DNA from: Macrostomum lignano
Taxonomy: Eukaryota
Direction of reading: 5' to 3'
Length of the DNA: 64,000 nt
NCBI GenBank assembly: GCA_002269645.1
Contig: NIVC01002190.1
Coordinates: 1 to 64,000, forward strand
Within the stretch, counting starts at the first letter, position 1. The number at the start of each line of letters is the position of its first letter. Below, piece by piece: positions 1 to 11,486 of the stretch. The position numbers and the translations under genes were made by a program. Below the pieces are notes generated by a model that did not search any database, was not told where the DNA came from, and was given only the letters and a program-made list of their open reading frames with translations.

Positions 1-445
1 TGCTAATCCGCTAATCCTATTCTTGTCCTGCTAATCCGCTAATCCTATTTCTTGTCCTGCTAATCCGCTAATCCTACTCTTGTCCTGCTAATCCGCTAAC
101 CCCACTCTTGTCCTGCTAATCCGCTAATCCTATTCTTGTCCTGCTAATCCGCTAATCCCACTCTTGTCCTGCTAATCCGCTAACCCCACTCTTGTCCTGC
201 TAATCCGCTAACCCACTTTGTCCTGCTAATCCGCTAATCCTACTCGTCTCCTGATAATCCTACTCTCCTGATAATCCGCTAATCCTACTCTTGTCCTGCT
301 AATCCGCTGAACCCTATTCTTGTCCTGCTAATCCGCTAATCCTACTCGTCTCCTGATAATCTGCTATCCTACTCTCCTGATAATCCGCTAATCCGCTAAT
401 CCTACTTTTGTCCTGATAATCAAATAATCCTACTCTTGTAATCCT
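1..445. repeat. Intronic minisatellite, ~29-bp unit TGCTAATCCGCTAATCCTATTCTTGTCC
   Basis: Direct tandem repeats upstream of the TEP1 acceptor. Confidence 0.9.
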
Positions 446-495
446 CAATGACTCATATAATCCCACTCAATCCGCTAATCCTCATAATCCGCCAG

Positions 496-3400
496 GTACC
501 CGGAGCTGATCTACCAGCTGGCGCTGAACTACTACGCCGACTCGGCCGTCTGCCAGGACGCCGAATCCGCCTGTCCGGCCGCGCCGCTCGGGGCCGAGCC
601 GCCAGAGCCATCGTGTGGCGCAACAAGGACGACCTCCAGCCGGCCAACGCGCAACATCGCCTGCCAGCTCACCTGGACGGCTTCTCTTCGACGCCGACCT
701 GCCTGGCCGCTGACTCGGTCGGCGCCCTCGCCGTTGGCACCATCGACGGCGACGTGGTGCTCCGCAGAGCGACACCGGCCGCGAGATCAAATCGCTGTCC
801 GGCCACAGCGCCGAGGTCACCGCCGTCTGCTTTGTTGGCGCCGGCGCCGGCCGCCTGGCCACGGGCGTCCAAGGACGGCTTCGTCAACCTGTGGGACTCC
901 GGCCCGGGGTCGGCTGGCCAACCTCAAGGGCCACGTGCGCAGGGTCACCGCCCTGGTGGCAATCCGAGGGCGACGGACCTGTTCGCCTCGGCTGGCCTGG
1001 ACGGATTCGTGCTGCTGCGCAATGCCGCGACCGGCGAGCTGAGCTACCACTTCAGGACTAAGTGAGCAGGGTTATGAGTCTGCCATTCACCACAGTTATC
1101 CACCCTAGACAATGTCACTCTTCTAGACACCCACCCATTGACAATGTCACTCTTCTAGTCACTCAACCCTAGACAATGTCACTTCTAGTCACCCAACCCT
1201 AGACAATGTCACTCTTCTAGTCACTCAACCCTAGGCAATGTCACTCTTCTAGTCACCCAACCCTAGACAATGTCACTCTTCTAGACACCCAACCCTAGAC
1301 AATGTCACTCTTCTAGTCACCCACCCTAGACAATGTCACTCTTCTAGTCACCCACCCCTAAACAATGTCACTCTTCTAGTCACCCACCCCTAGACAATGT
1401 CACTCTTCTAGACACCCACCCATTGACAATGTCAATCTTCTAGTCACTCAACCCTAGACAATGTCACTTCTAGTCACCCAACCCTAGACAATGTCACTTT
1501 CTAGTCACTCAACCCTAGACAATGTCACTCTTCTAGTCACCCACCCCTAGACAATGTCACTCTTCTAGTCACCCACCCCTAGACAATGTCACTCTTCTAG
1601 TCACCCACCCCTAGACAATGTCGCTCTTCTAGTCACCCACCCCTAGACAATGTCACTCTTCTAGTCACCCAACCCTAGACAATGTCACTCTTCTAATCAT
1701 CCACCCTAGACAATGTCACTCTTCTAATCATCCACCCTAGACAATGTCACTCTTCTAGACACCCACCCATTGACAATGTCACTCTTCTAGTCACTCAACC
1801 CTAGACAATGTCACTTCTAGTCACCCAACCCTAGACAATGTCACTCTTCTAGTCACTCAACCCTAGGCAATGTCACTCTTCTAGGTAGTCACCACCCCTA
1901 GACAATGTCACTCTTCTAGTCACCCACCCCTAGACAATGTCACTTCACCCAACCGCCGCAGGTCGCCCATCAACTGCGCCGCCTTCCACCCGGAGGGGAA
2001 GCTGCTGGCCGCAGGCTGCTGGGACGCCTCGGTGAAGCTGTTGGACAGCCTGGCACACAGCCGAACGGCGGTGCTGCGCGGTCACCGCGCGGCAGTTCGA
2101 GCCGTGGCCTTCAGCCGGCACACTGGAGGCCACCTCGTGTCCGGCTCCATGGACGGCGAGCTGCGTGTGTGGGACACCGCGACCGGAGTGCCCGTGGGGC
2201 TGATCAGGTCTGCCGGGCTGCCTGCCACTGCGCTTATGTTCAGCTTGACAGGTGAGTGACAGAATTCGAATCTGGCATCACTCGTATTCGAATCTGGCAT
2301 CACGTGTATTTCGAAAATTCGAAAATGCCGTTAATTTTTCTCATCTGTCAATCACTGTCCAGGCGAGCATCTGGTCACCGCGGACACGGGTCTCCGGCCA
2401 GCCCTGTGGTCGTCCGGTCTCGGCCGCCTCGTCTGCGCCATCGGGGACTCCTCGGACGAAGCCGGCCGCCCGGCCACCAGCGCCGACCGGGTGATGTCGC
2501 TGGCCGCCGATGCCGGCTTCAGCCTGCTGGCGTCGGGTAGCCACTCCGGCCGCGTCCGCCTGCACCGGCCGTTCACCGGCCAGCCGGTGGCCGAGCTGCG
2601 GATCCGCTCCGACTACGCCAGCGTCGGCGCGCTGCAGTTCGCGCCAGGCGGCGGCGACTCCTGCCAGCTGTACTGCGGCTGCGACGATGCCGCCCTGCGA
2701 CTGCTTCGGGTGGCCTTCGACTCGGCCGGCAAGCGGACCTTGCAGCTGGTGTCCACCTCCGGCAGGGCCGGCCGCGGCGGCCACAGCGGCCGGGTCACGC
2801 CCTGGCCTGCGCGCCCGGCCTCGTCATGTCGGCGTCCGAGGACTGCACCGCCCGGCTGTGGGACGCCGGACTGCGCGAATGTTCGACGGTGTTCAACCAC
2901 CACAAGGGCGCCGTGCTGGCCTGCGCCTTGGCGCCCGACGGCAGCTTGGGCTTCACCGGCGCCAATGATGCGGTGAGTCTGCGAGGTGGGACTATAAGTC
3001 AGGGGGATAATGAGTCAGGTGAGAAAATGAGTCAAGTGAGATAATGATTCAGGTGAGATAATGAGTCAGGTGAGATAATGAGTCAGGTGAGATAATGAGT
3101 CAGGTGAGATAATGAGTCAAGTGAGATAATGAGTCAAGTGAGATAATGAGTCAGGTGAGATAATGAGTCAGGTGAGATAATGAGTCAGGTGAGATAATGA
3201 GTCAGGTGAGATAATGAGTCAGGTGAGACACCGTCCACCCTCGTCAACCCCGCAGAGCATCCTGGTGTACGATCTGTCAGACAAGTCGCTGGTGCACACC
3301 GAGCCGCAGGCGCACGGAGACTGGGTGACCTCCCTGGACTGCTTCCGCGCAACTGACAGCGCCGAGTCGGAGCTCCGCCTGGTCAGCGGGTCCAACGACT

Positions 3401-6400
3401 TCAGCGTGAAGCTGTGGCGAGTCCAGCCCGACAGCCACAGCCTCAGCCAGCTGCTCCGCCTCACCGGGCACGTCTCCGCTGTCAGCTGCGTCCGCGGCCT
3501 GCCGAACTGCCTCGCCAGCTCGTGCTCAGGGGGTGAGCTGAAGCTCTGGACCTACACCGAGGCCTCGGCCGGCGGTAAAGTTCGCGCCGTAGGTGTGGAA
3601 GCCACCACCCTGTACGGAGCGGAGCAGCGGAGCAACGCCTGCCTGCTGGCGAGGCCGCCGACTGTGTCAGCGGCCGCCAAGAGCTCAGCTGCCGCAGCCA
3701 AAACCTCGGCGGCCGCAGCCAAAACCTCAGCGGCCGCTACGGCCGCTGCCGCTGCATCGTCGAAGTCGAAGAAGTCGAAGAAGAAATTGCCAGCCTCTCC
3801 TTCTTCATCGTCGGAGGAGGAGGACAGTGACGATGGCGGCGCGGTGAAGGTGTCACTCGATGACATCGACTTCGGTAGAGGCGGCTGCGGCCGTGGCGGT
3901 GGCGGAGGCGACTGGGACGCTCAGGTGGACGAAGACAAGCAGCGGGCGACCATGCGGAAGCGGCAGATCGCCCCCACCGACAGGCGGCCCGCCGAGGCCG
4001 TCGTGGTCTGCGGCGCTTCCGACGACGGAGTCGTGCGGGTGAGAGTGACTGGATGGGGTGGCGGTGTAGGTGATGGGGTGGCGGTGTGGGTTTTGATGGG
4101 GTGGCGGTGTGGGTGATGGGGTGGCGGTGTGGGTTTTGATGGGGTGGCGGTGTGGGTGATGGGGTGGCGGTGTGGGTGATGGGGTGGCGGTGTGGGTGAT
4201 GGGGTGGCGGTGTGGGTGATGGGGTGGCGGTGTGGGTGATGGGGTTGCGGTGTGGGTGATGGGGTGGCGGTGTGGGTGATGGGGTGGCGGTGTGGGTGAT
4301 GGGGTGGCGGTGTGGGTGATGGGGTGGCGGTGTGGGTGATGGGGTGGCGGTGTGGGTGATGGGGTGGCGGTGTGGGTGATGGGGTGGCGGTGTGGGTGAT
4401 GGGGTGGCGGTGTGGGTGATGGGGTGGCGGTGTGGGTGATGGGGTGGCGGTGTGGGTGATGGGGTGGCGGTGTGGGTGATGGGGTGGCGGTGTGGGCTTG
4501 ATGGGCTGGCCTCAGAGGTGCCACACCCCTTCCCCGCAATCTGCAGGTGCACCAGCCGCTCCTGCCGAACCCGCTCGGGCCGCTGACCGGCCACTCGGCC
4601 GGGCCCGTGTCCGGACTGGCCGCCTGCTCGGGCCGCTTCCTCGCCAGCCTGTCCGCCGCGGACGCCACCGTCAGGACGTGGCGCATCGCCGATCGGCCGC
4701 TGCCGGAGCTCGGCCAGGGCGCCGGGCACGCCGCCCCGGTGACCATCGTCTGCTACCTGCCCGACTGCGGCGCCGTCGCTTCCGGCGGCCTCGACGGCTG
4801 CCTGCTGCTGTGGGAGGCCCCGGCCGGCCGCCTGCTGGCCCGCCTTCGGGTCCACGACAGCGCCGTGTGCGGCCTCGCCTGGCAGCCGGAGGGCCACCTG
4901 CTGATCGCCTGCCAGGTGAGTGGAGATTTGATTTCTCAGATCCCATAGATTTCTCAGATCCCATAGATTTCTCAGATCCCATAGATTTCTCAGATCCCAT
5001 AGATTTCTCAGATCCCATAGATTTCTCAGATCCCATAGATTTCTCAGATCCCATAGATTTCTCAGATCCCATAGATTTCTCAGATCCCATAGATTTCTCA
5101 GGTTCCATAGATTTCTCAGATCCCATAGATTTCTCAGATCCCATAGATTTCTCAGATCCCATAGATTTCTCAGATCCCATAGATTTCTCAGATCCCATAG
5201 ATTTCTCAGATTCCATAGATTTCTTAGATCCCATAGATTTCTCAGATCCCATAGATTTCTCAGATCCCATAGATTTCTCAGATCCCATAGATTTCTCAGA
5301 TTCCATAGATTTCTTAGATCCCATAGATTTCTCAGATCCCATGGATTTCTCAGATCCCATAGATTTCTCAGATCCCATAGATTTCTTAGATCCCATAGAT
5401 TTCTCAGATTCCATAGATTTCTCAGATCCCATAGATTTCTCAGATCCCATAGATTTCTCAGATCCCATAGATTTCTTAGATCCCATAGATTTCTCAGATC
5501 CCATAGATTTCTTAGATCCCATAGATTTCTCAAATCCCATAGATTTCTCAGATCCCATAGATTTCTCAGATCCCATAGATTTCTCAGATCCCAAAGGATT
5601 TCCCACATCCCAAAGGATTTCCCAGATCCCAAAGGAATTCCCAGATCCCAAAGGATTTCCCAGATCCCAAAGGATTTCCCAGATCCCAAAGGATTTCCCA
5701 GATCCCAAAGGATTTCCCAGATCCCAAAGGATTTCTTGTCGTACGAGTCACGCCCATGAGACCCAACCCCCAGGACACAGAGACTGTACATGCCTGATGA
5801 TTAGAAAGTCGGGGCCGCTGTTCACCCTGTGTGAGCGCGCGCGGGGCCAGGGTTCAGTGGGATGGGCACAACTGCTTGCCTCATCGCTGGCTTAGATCCC
5901 AGCTAATCCCACCATCCGCCGACTCCCCGATCCCGCAGGGCCTGCCCGGCTGCCTCCTCCGCCTGGCCACCATCGGCCTGGCCGCCGAGCTGTCCGCCAT
6001 CGCTGGCCGGTCCAGTGCGCCATCGGCGTCCGCGGTGCAGCAGCTGGACCTGGCCTCTGCCGTGCCCGACCGCCTGACCCGCCTGGCCTGCCCGTCGTCG
6101 GCCTCCGTCTGCTCGCCTGTCGCCTGCCTGCGCGACACCGTGGCCGGCTTCTGGGCCGGCGGCCTCCTGCTGGTCGGCGGCGCCGGCGTCGGCAGCCGGG
6201 CCATCGAGCTGCCCGCCGGGTCCGCCGACTCCGCTGCGGGGCCGGACGCGTGGCCGGATTTTGTGCAGCCCTGTCCGGCCGGGCCGGGGGCGCCGCTGGC
6301 TCGCGTGCTGCTCCGCCGACTGCGTGACGCCGAGGTCAGCTGCCTGGAGTTCGCCAGGTCGAGCGGCGGCTCGTCGGCCAGCCTGGTGAGGCGAACCGTC

Positions 6401-8751
6401 ACGTCGCGCAAGCTGGACCTGCCGGTGGGCCAGTCGCGACCGATGCGGGCCGTCTGCCTGACGCAGCAGCCGCTGCGGGCGCTGCTGACCTACGGCTGCT
6501 CCGGCCGCGGCCAGCTGGGCATCGTCAGGCTGGAGGCGGTGGCCAGCGAGCTCAGCTTCGGGCCGCAGCTGGAAGGCTTCCAGGTGAGGCGCCGCTCTGC
6601 CTGTTGGTGGGATTTGCTGAAATGGCGTAAAAGAGACTGAAATGGCGTTATGGGGTCTGAAATGGCATGATGGGGTCTGAAATGGCATGATGGGGTCTGA
6701 AATGGCATGATGGGGTCTGAAATGGCATGATGGGGTCTGAAATGGCATGATGGGGTCTGAAATGGCATGATGGGGTCTGAAATGGCATAATGGGGTCTGA
6801 TATGGCATGATGGGGTCTGAAATGGCATGATGGGGTCTGAAATGGCATGATGGGGTCTGAAATGGCATGATGGGGTCTGATATGGCATGATGGGGTCTGA
6901 AATTGTATGATGGGGTCTGATATGGCATGATGGGGTTTGATATGGCATGATGGGGTCTGAAATGGCATGATGGTTTCTGAAATAGCATGATTTATTGATA
7001 CAGCTGTCACTTTCATCTTGGTAACTGGGTACCCGCGGTGGCGCTCCAAATCCTTGCAGTGCCACTCGGCCGAGCTCACCGCCCTGTGCCCGCTGACCGG
7101 CCCAAAGACCCCTGACAGCGGAGGCCTCTTCGCCACCGGCTCTGCTGACGGAGAGGTGAAAGTCTGGCGAGCCAAAGTGCGCGGCGACACCTTCGAGCTG
7201 GAGAGGGTGAGCAGCTTGATTGCTCGTGTGGTTGCTAAGGCGGAAGCTAGTTCACTAGAGTGGTTGCTAAGGCGGAAGCTAGTTAACTAGAGTGGTTGCT
7301 AAGGTAGAAGCGAGTTCACTAGAGTGGTTGCTAAGGTAGAAGCGAGTTCACTAGAGTGGTTGCTAAGGCGGAAGCTAGTTCACTAGAGTGGTTACTAAGG
7401 CGAAAGCTAGTTCATTAAGGTGGTTACTAAGGCGGAAGCTAGTTCACTAGAGTGGTTGCTAAGGCGGAAGCTAGTTCACTAGAGTGGTTGCTAAGGTAGA
7501 AGCTAGTTCACTAAAGTGGTTGCTAAGGTGAAAGCTAGTTCACTAGAGTGGTTGCTAAGGCAGAAGCAACTTCACTAAAGTGGTTTCTAAGGTGAAAGCT
7601 AGTTCACTAGAGTGGTTGCCAAGGTGGAAGCTAGTTCACTAGAGTGGTTGCTAAGGCGGAAGCTAGTTCACTAGAGTGGTTGCTAAGGCGGAAGCTAGTT
7701 CACTAGAGTGGTTAATAAGGTGGACTATAGTTCACTAGAGTGGTTGCTAAGGCGGAAGCTAGTTCACTAGAGTGGTTACTAAGGCGGAAGCTAGTTCACT
7801 AGAGTGGTTACTAAGGCGGAAGCTAGTTCGCTAGAGTGGTTACTAAGGCGGAAGCTAGTTCGCTAGAGTGGTTACTAAGGCGGAAGCTAGTTCATTAAGG
7901 TGGTTGCCAAGGCGGAAGCTAGTTCACTAGAGTGGTTACTAAGGCGGAAGCTAGTTCACTAGAGTGGTTACTAAGGCGGAAGCTAGTTCGCTAGAGTGGT
8001 TACTAAGGCGGAAGCTAGTTCGCTAGAGTGGTTACTAAGGCGGAAGCTAGTTCATTAAGGTGGTTGCCAAGGCGGAAGCTAGTTCACTAGAGTGGTTACT
8101 AAGGCGGAAGCTAGTTCGCTAGAGTGGTTACTAAGGCGGAAGCTAGTTCGCTAGAGTGGTTGCCAAGGCGGAAGCTAGTTCACTAGAGTGGTTACTAAGG
8201 CGGAAGCTAGTTCACTAGAGTGGTTACTAAGGCGGAAGCTAGTTCGCTAGAGTGGTTACTAAGGCGGAAGCTAGTTCACTAGAGTGGTTACTAAGGCGGA
8301 AGCTAGTTCGCTAGAGTGGTTACTAAGGCGGAAGCTAGTTCGCTAGAGTGGTTACTAAGGCGGAAGCTAGTTCATTAAGGTGGTTGCCAAGGCGGAAGCT
8401 AGTTCACTAGAGTGGTTACTAAGGCGGAAGCTAGTTCGCTAGAGTGGTTACTAAGGCGGAAACTAGTTCATTAAGGTGGTTACTAAGGCGGAAGCTAGTT
8501 CACTAGGGTGGTTGCTAAGGCGGAAGCTAGTTCGCTAGAGTGGTTGCCAAGGTGGAAACTAGTTCACACCTGGACGCCCCGCACCCCTGTCGCAGGTGTC
8601 AATGTACACCTTGAACTGCGGCGTGGCCGTCATGGAATTCGTGGAAGCGCAGGGCGAGCGCCGGCTGATTGTGGGCGACAGGAACGGCGGAGTGCAGTTC
8701 CTGGAGGTGATGTGCACCCGTGGGGAGCCCATGCCCACCATCGTGAAGTGA
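496..8751 (+). CDS. TEP1: Telomerase protein component 1 / vault-associated TEP1, C-terminal WD40 region (5' part lies upstream of the window). Exons 496-1061, 1962-2251, 2363-2972, 3256-4038, 4547-4915, 5939-6583, 7060-7206, 8596-8751
   Basis: GT-AG exons with compatible phases. Peptides are colinear with the human TEP1 C-terminus as recalled: YPELIYQLALNYYADSAVCQDA (human YPRLLPQQAANQPLDSPLCHQA), SPINCAAFHPEGKLLAAGCWD (SLNCVAFHPEGQVIATGSW), MSASEDCTARLW (LASASEDFTVQLW), AHGDWVT (CHRDWVT), HSAELTAL (HSGSVTAL), LIVGDRNGGVQFL (LAVGDVQGNVYFL). TGA at 8749-8751. About 5 single-base frameshifts in exon 496-1061 and one near 2797. Confidence 0.88.
1100..1945. repeat. Intronic minisatellite, ~31-bp unit CCCTAGACAATGTCACTCTTCTAGTCACCCA
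   Basis: Tandem array filling a TEP1 intron; the unit has internal dyads (CTAGA/TCTAG, GACA-A-TGTC). Confidence 0.92.
3005..3228. repeat. Intronic minisatellite, 17-bp unit GAGATAATGAGTCAGGT
   Basis: Tandem array filling a TEP1 intron. Confidence 0.92.
4050..4497. repeat. Intronic G-rich minisatellite, 20-bp unit GGGTGATGGGGTGGCGGTGT
   Basis: Near-perfect tandem array. Confidence 0.93.
4929..5735. repeat. Intronic minisatellite, 18-bp GATTTCTCAGATCCCATA grading into CCCAAAGGATTTCCCAGAT
   Basis: Tandem array with two related unit types. Confidence 0.93.
6635..6990. repeat. Intronic minisatellite, 20-bp AATGGCATGATGGGGTCTGA
   Basis: Tandem array. Confidence 0.93.
7222..8565. repeat. Intronic minisatellite, 32-bp GTGGTTACTAAGGCGGAAGCTAGTTCACTAGA
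   Basis: Tandem array filling the last TEP1 intron. Confidence 0.93.
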
Positions 8752-9684
8752 TCATCAGTCTGCTTGGATGTCCTTGATTAGGGCTTTAGAAATCGTGTTA
8801 AGAAAAGTACATTGTTACAGGAGTGCCAGCTACCCTGATGGCCTTCTGCACCCGATAAAGTCTTTAGACTCTTATAAAAACTTTATAATCCATTTTTTAC
8901 ATCCACTCTACTCGAAATAATATTTACCTTCATAATTTTAGGCCTTCCTTATCTTCTTATTGTTCATTAATCAAGCAGATTCTTATTCAGTGTAGAATTT
9001 TTCCCTGACAATTTTTGCTAATAATGTTATTCATTCTACTTACAGTAGCTTATTGTGGCGCCATAATCAAGCAAGATGCACCATTTTTTGTTTTGAGTTT
9101 TGTTTGTTTGTTTTCTCTGGCTTTCAGCACTGTGAGCAAGAATAATCTTATTTCTGTGTTTTTTTATTATTCTTTATTTTAATTTTCTATTTATAGACTT
9201 TATCTTGAGCAAAACATCTCAGCACTGGACGCCTTATTTAATAATCTTTTAAAAGTACATTCATTAAAAAAGTAGATCTAAAAGTTAGCGTAATCAGCCA
9301 TTTGAAAACGCTTTAATTCTACATCGGTTTGCAGCCTCCTAGAGTTTCTACCTCATCTTTAGTAGTCCGCGAGAGGAGAGACAATTTGTGTAAATTGCTG
9401 CCAAGTGTTTTACAGCTAATTAAGCTGCTCGGCGGGCGGTCTCGGGCTGCTGGGGGTGGGGAAGGGGGAGTTGGGGTGGCTGCGGTGACTGACAGGCAGG
9501 CGCTGGAGGCAATCGATGAGACAGCGGCCGTCAGGTCGATCTGAGGTTTGCCCGGAGAATCCCGTGAGCTGACAAAGTCGGCCTCTCTACGTTCAGGCAA
9601 GGAGGCCCAGAGCCAGAGACTTGGAGTACCGACTCTCACCCCCCCCCCCATTCTCAGACAACTGCAGGCTGACGGCATAACTTT

Positions 9685-9888
9685 GAGTCGGCACTCCAGA
9701 CTGCGGCTCTGGGTCTCCTTGGTTCAGGTTTGGCGGGTTGGTCTGGGGAAGAGTCGGCACTCCAGACTGCGGCTCTGGGTCTCCTTGGTTCAGGTTTGGC
9801 GGGTTGGTCTGGGGAAGAGTCGGCACTCCAGACTGCGGCTCTGGGTCTCCTTGGTTCAGGTTAGGCGGGTTGGTCTGGGGAAGAGTCG
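9685..9888. repeat. 66-bp tandem repeat, about 3 copies
   Basis: GAGTCGGCACTCCAGACTGCGG...GGGGAA repeated. Confidence 0.9.
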
Positions 9889-9896
9889 GAGTGAGG

Positions 9897-10510
9897 CAGT
9901 TCTGTAGATCAGGCTAAAGAGTTGGAGGTTCTGTAGATCAGGCTATGGAGTGAGGCGGTTCTGTAGATCAGGCTATGGAGTGAGGAGGTTCTGTAGATCA
10001 GGCTATGGAGTGAGGCGGTTCTGTAGATCAGGCTATGGAGTGAGGCGGTTCTGTAGATCAGGCTATGGAGTGAGGAGGTTCTGTAGATCAGGCTATGGAG
10101 TGAGGCGGTTCTGTAGATCAGGCTATGGAGTGAGGAAGTTCTGTAGATCAGGCTATGGAGTGAGGAGGTTCTGTAGATCAGGCTATGGAGTGAGGCGGTT
10201 CTGTAGATCAGGCTATGGAGTGAGGAGGTTCTGTAGATCAGGCTATGGAGTGAGGCGGTTCTGTAGATCAGGCTATGGAGTGAGGAGGTTCTGTAGATCA
10301 GGCTATGGAGTGAGGAGGTTCTGTAGATCAGGCTATGGAGTGAGGCGGTTCTGTAGATCAGGCTATGGAGTGAGGAAGTTCTGTAGATCAGGCTATGGAG
10401 TGAGGAGGTTCTGTAGATCAGGCTATGGAGTGAGGAGGTTCTGTAGATCAGGCTATCGAGTGAGGAGGTTCTGTAGATCAGGCTATGGAGTGAGGAGGTT
10501 CTGTAGATCA
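9897..10510. repeat. 30-bp minisatellite TTCTGTAGATCAGGCTATGGAGTGAGG(A/C)GG
   Basis: About 20 tandem copies. Confidence 0.93.
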
Positions 10511-10747
10511 TCCCCGCGAAGCTCAAAGCTCAATAAGAAAATCTTGCGGACCCCATTAAAATTTCAATTCCATAGACGGGCCAACCAACGACTTCCTGCC
10601 CTTCCTTCGATTGGTTGGCCTTGCAACCATTGGACGGAACCCAAGAGAGCAGAAGCGGGAGCGCTTGGGTTGGATACACTGCACTTCTCTAAATAATATA
10701 TCAGACCGGCTGAGCCGCAGCGGTGCTGAGGTGACGCCACTCTCAGG

Positions 10748-11401
10748 ATGGTCCATTCCGGCAGCCGGGCCTCGGGCTCTGCCGCAGACTGCGGCCTGCC
10801 ATCGGCTGTGCAGCTGTCTCTGGGCCTCTTCGGTCAGGCGGCGTCTTTGATCTGCGTAGCTCGACTCTACACACAGGCTAGCCTGGACTCGGAGGCGCAG
10901 CTCAACTCCGGCTTCTACACGGCAGCGGCGGCCGCATCCCTGCTCGGCTTGACCTTCAGCGGCATCTACACTGGCGCCGGGGTCACCGCGGTCATCTCCA
11001 GGAAGCTGCGGCTGCAGATGGGCCGCGGCACCGTCAGGCGGAAGCGGCGCCAGCGCGCCACGCTCCGATTGGTGCTGCTGAACGGCATGGCGCTGCCCTG
11101 CGCCGCTGTGCAGGCCGGCTCCAGCGTGCCGGCGCTGCTCCACGGCCTCGCCGTGTCCGGCAACTCGCCGAAAACTTTGGCGCTCATCGGCGTGGGTTTC
11201 GCCCTGAACGTGGCCTACTGCGCCGCGGTGGCCACCCTGGCCTGCCGCCAGCTCTGCGGCGCGTTTCACCAAGTCGACGCCGACGATGGATTTGATGGAG
11301 AGAATCGGGGCGAGCCTGCTGAGGGCGACGGCGACGCTCGACCGCTTGTTGCAACATCGTCGTTCAAGGCGGACCAAGACGGGGCCACTCGAGTCGAATA
11401 G
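10748..11401 (+). CDS. Multi-pass membrane protein (about 4 hydrophobic segments), family unknown; may be the 3' exon of a larger 7TM-like protein
   Basis: 217-aa GC-rich ORF with exon-like codon usage and four hydrophobic stretches. Basic loop RKLRLQMGRGTVRRKRRQR and acidic tail. tctcag acceptor-like site directly before the ATG. Confidence 0.6.
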   Translation: MVHSGSRASGSAADCGLPSAVQLSLGLFGQAASLICVARLYTQASLDSEAQLNSGFYTAAAAASLLGLTFSGIYTGAGVTAVISRKLRLQMGRGTVRRKRRQRATLRLVLLNGMALPCAAVQAGSSVPALLHGLAVSGNSPKTLALIGVGFALNVAYCAAVATLACRQLCGAFHQVDADDGFDGENRGEPAEGDGDARPLVATSSFKADQDGATRVE

Positions 11402-11486
11402 AAAAAAGTCAAGGTTCTAACAGAAACAGTTCACATGGTTTTTGCCTTGTGTCCACAAGAGGATGCGTTTTGCCAAGCTAGCATAT

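Noticed and set aside
3737-5895. Long repetitive ORFs (LWDLRN, DFSDPI, EKSMGS and HPHRHP repeats)
   Set aside because: Translations of intronic minisatellites lacking stops in some frames; they overlap real TEP1 exons
7222-8565. CRISPR-like appearance of the 30-40-bp arrays
   Set aside because: Units are contiguous with no unique spacers, there are no cas genes, and the context is eukaryotic introns
9319-9678. Minus-strand ORF / possible terminal exon (IDLTAAVSS...GGCKPM)
   Set aside because: No homology and no linked upstream exon could be established
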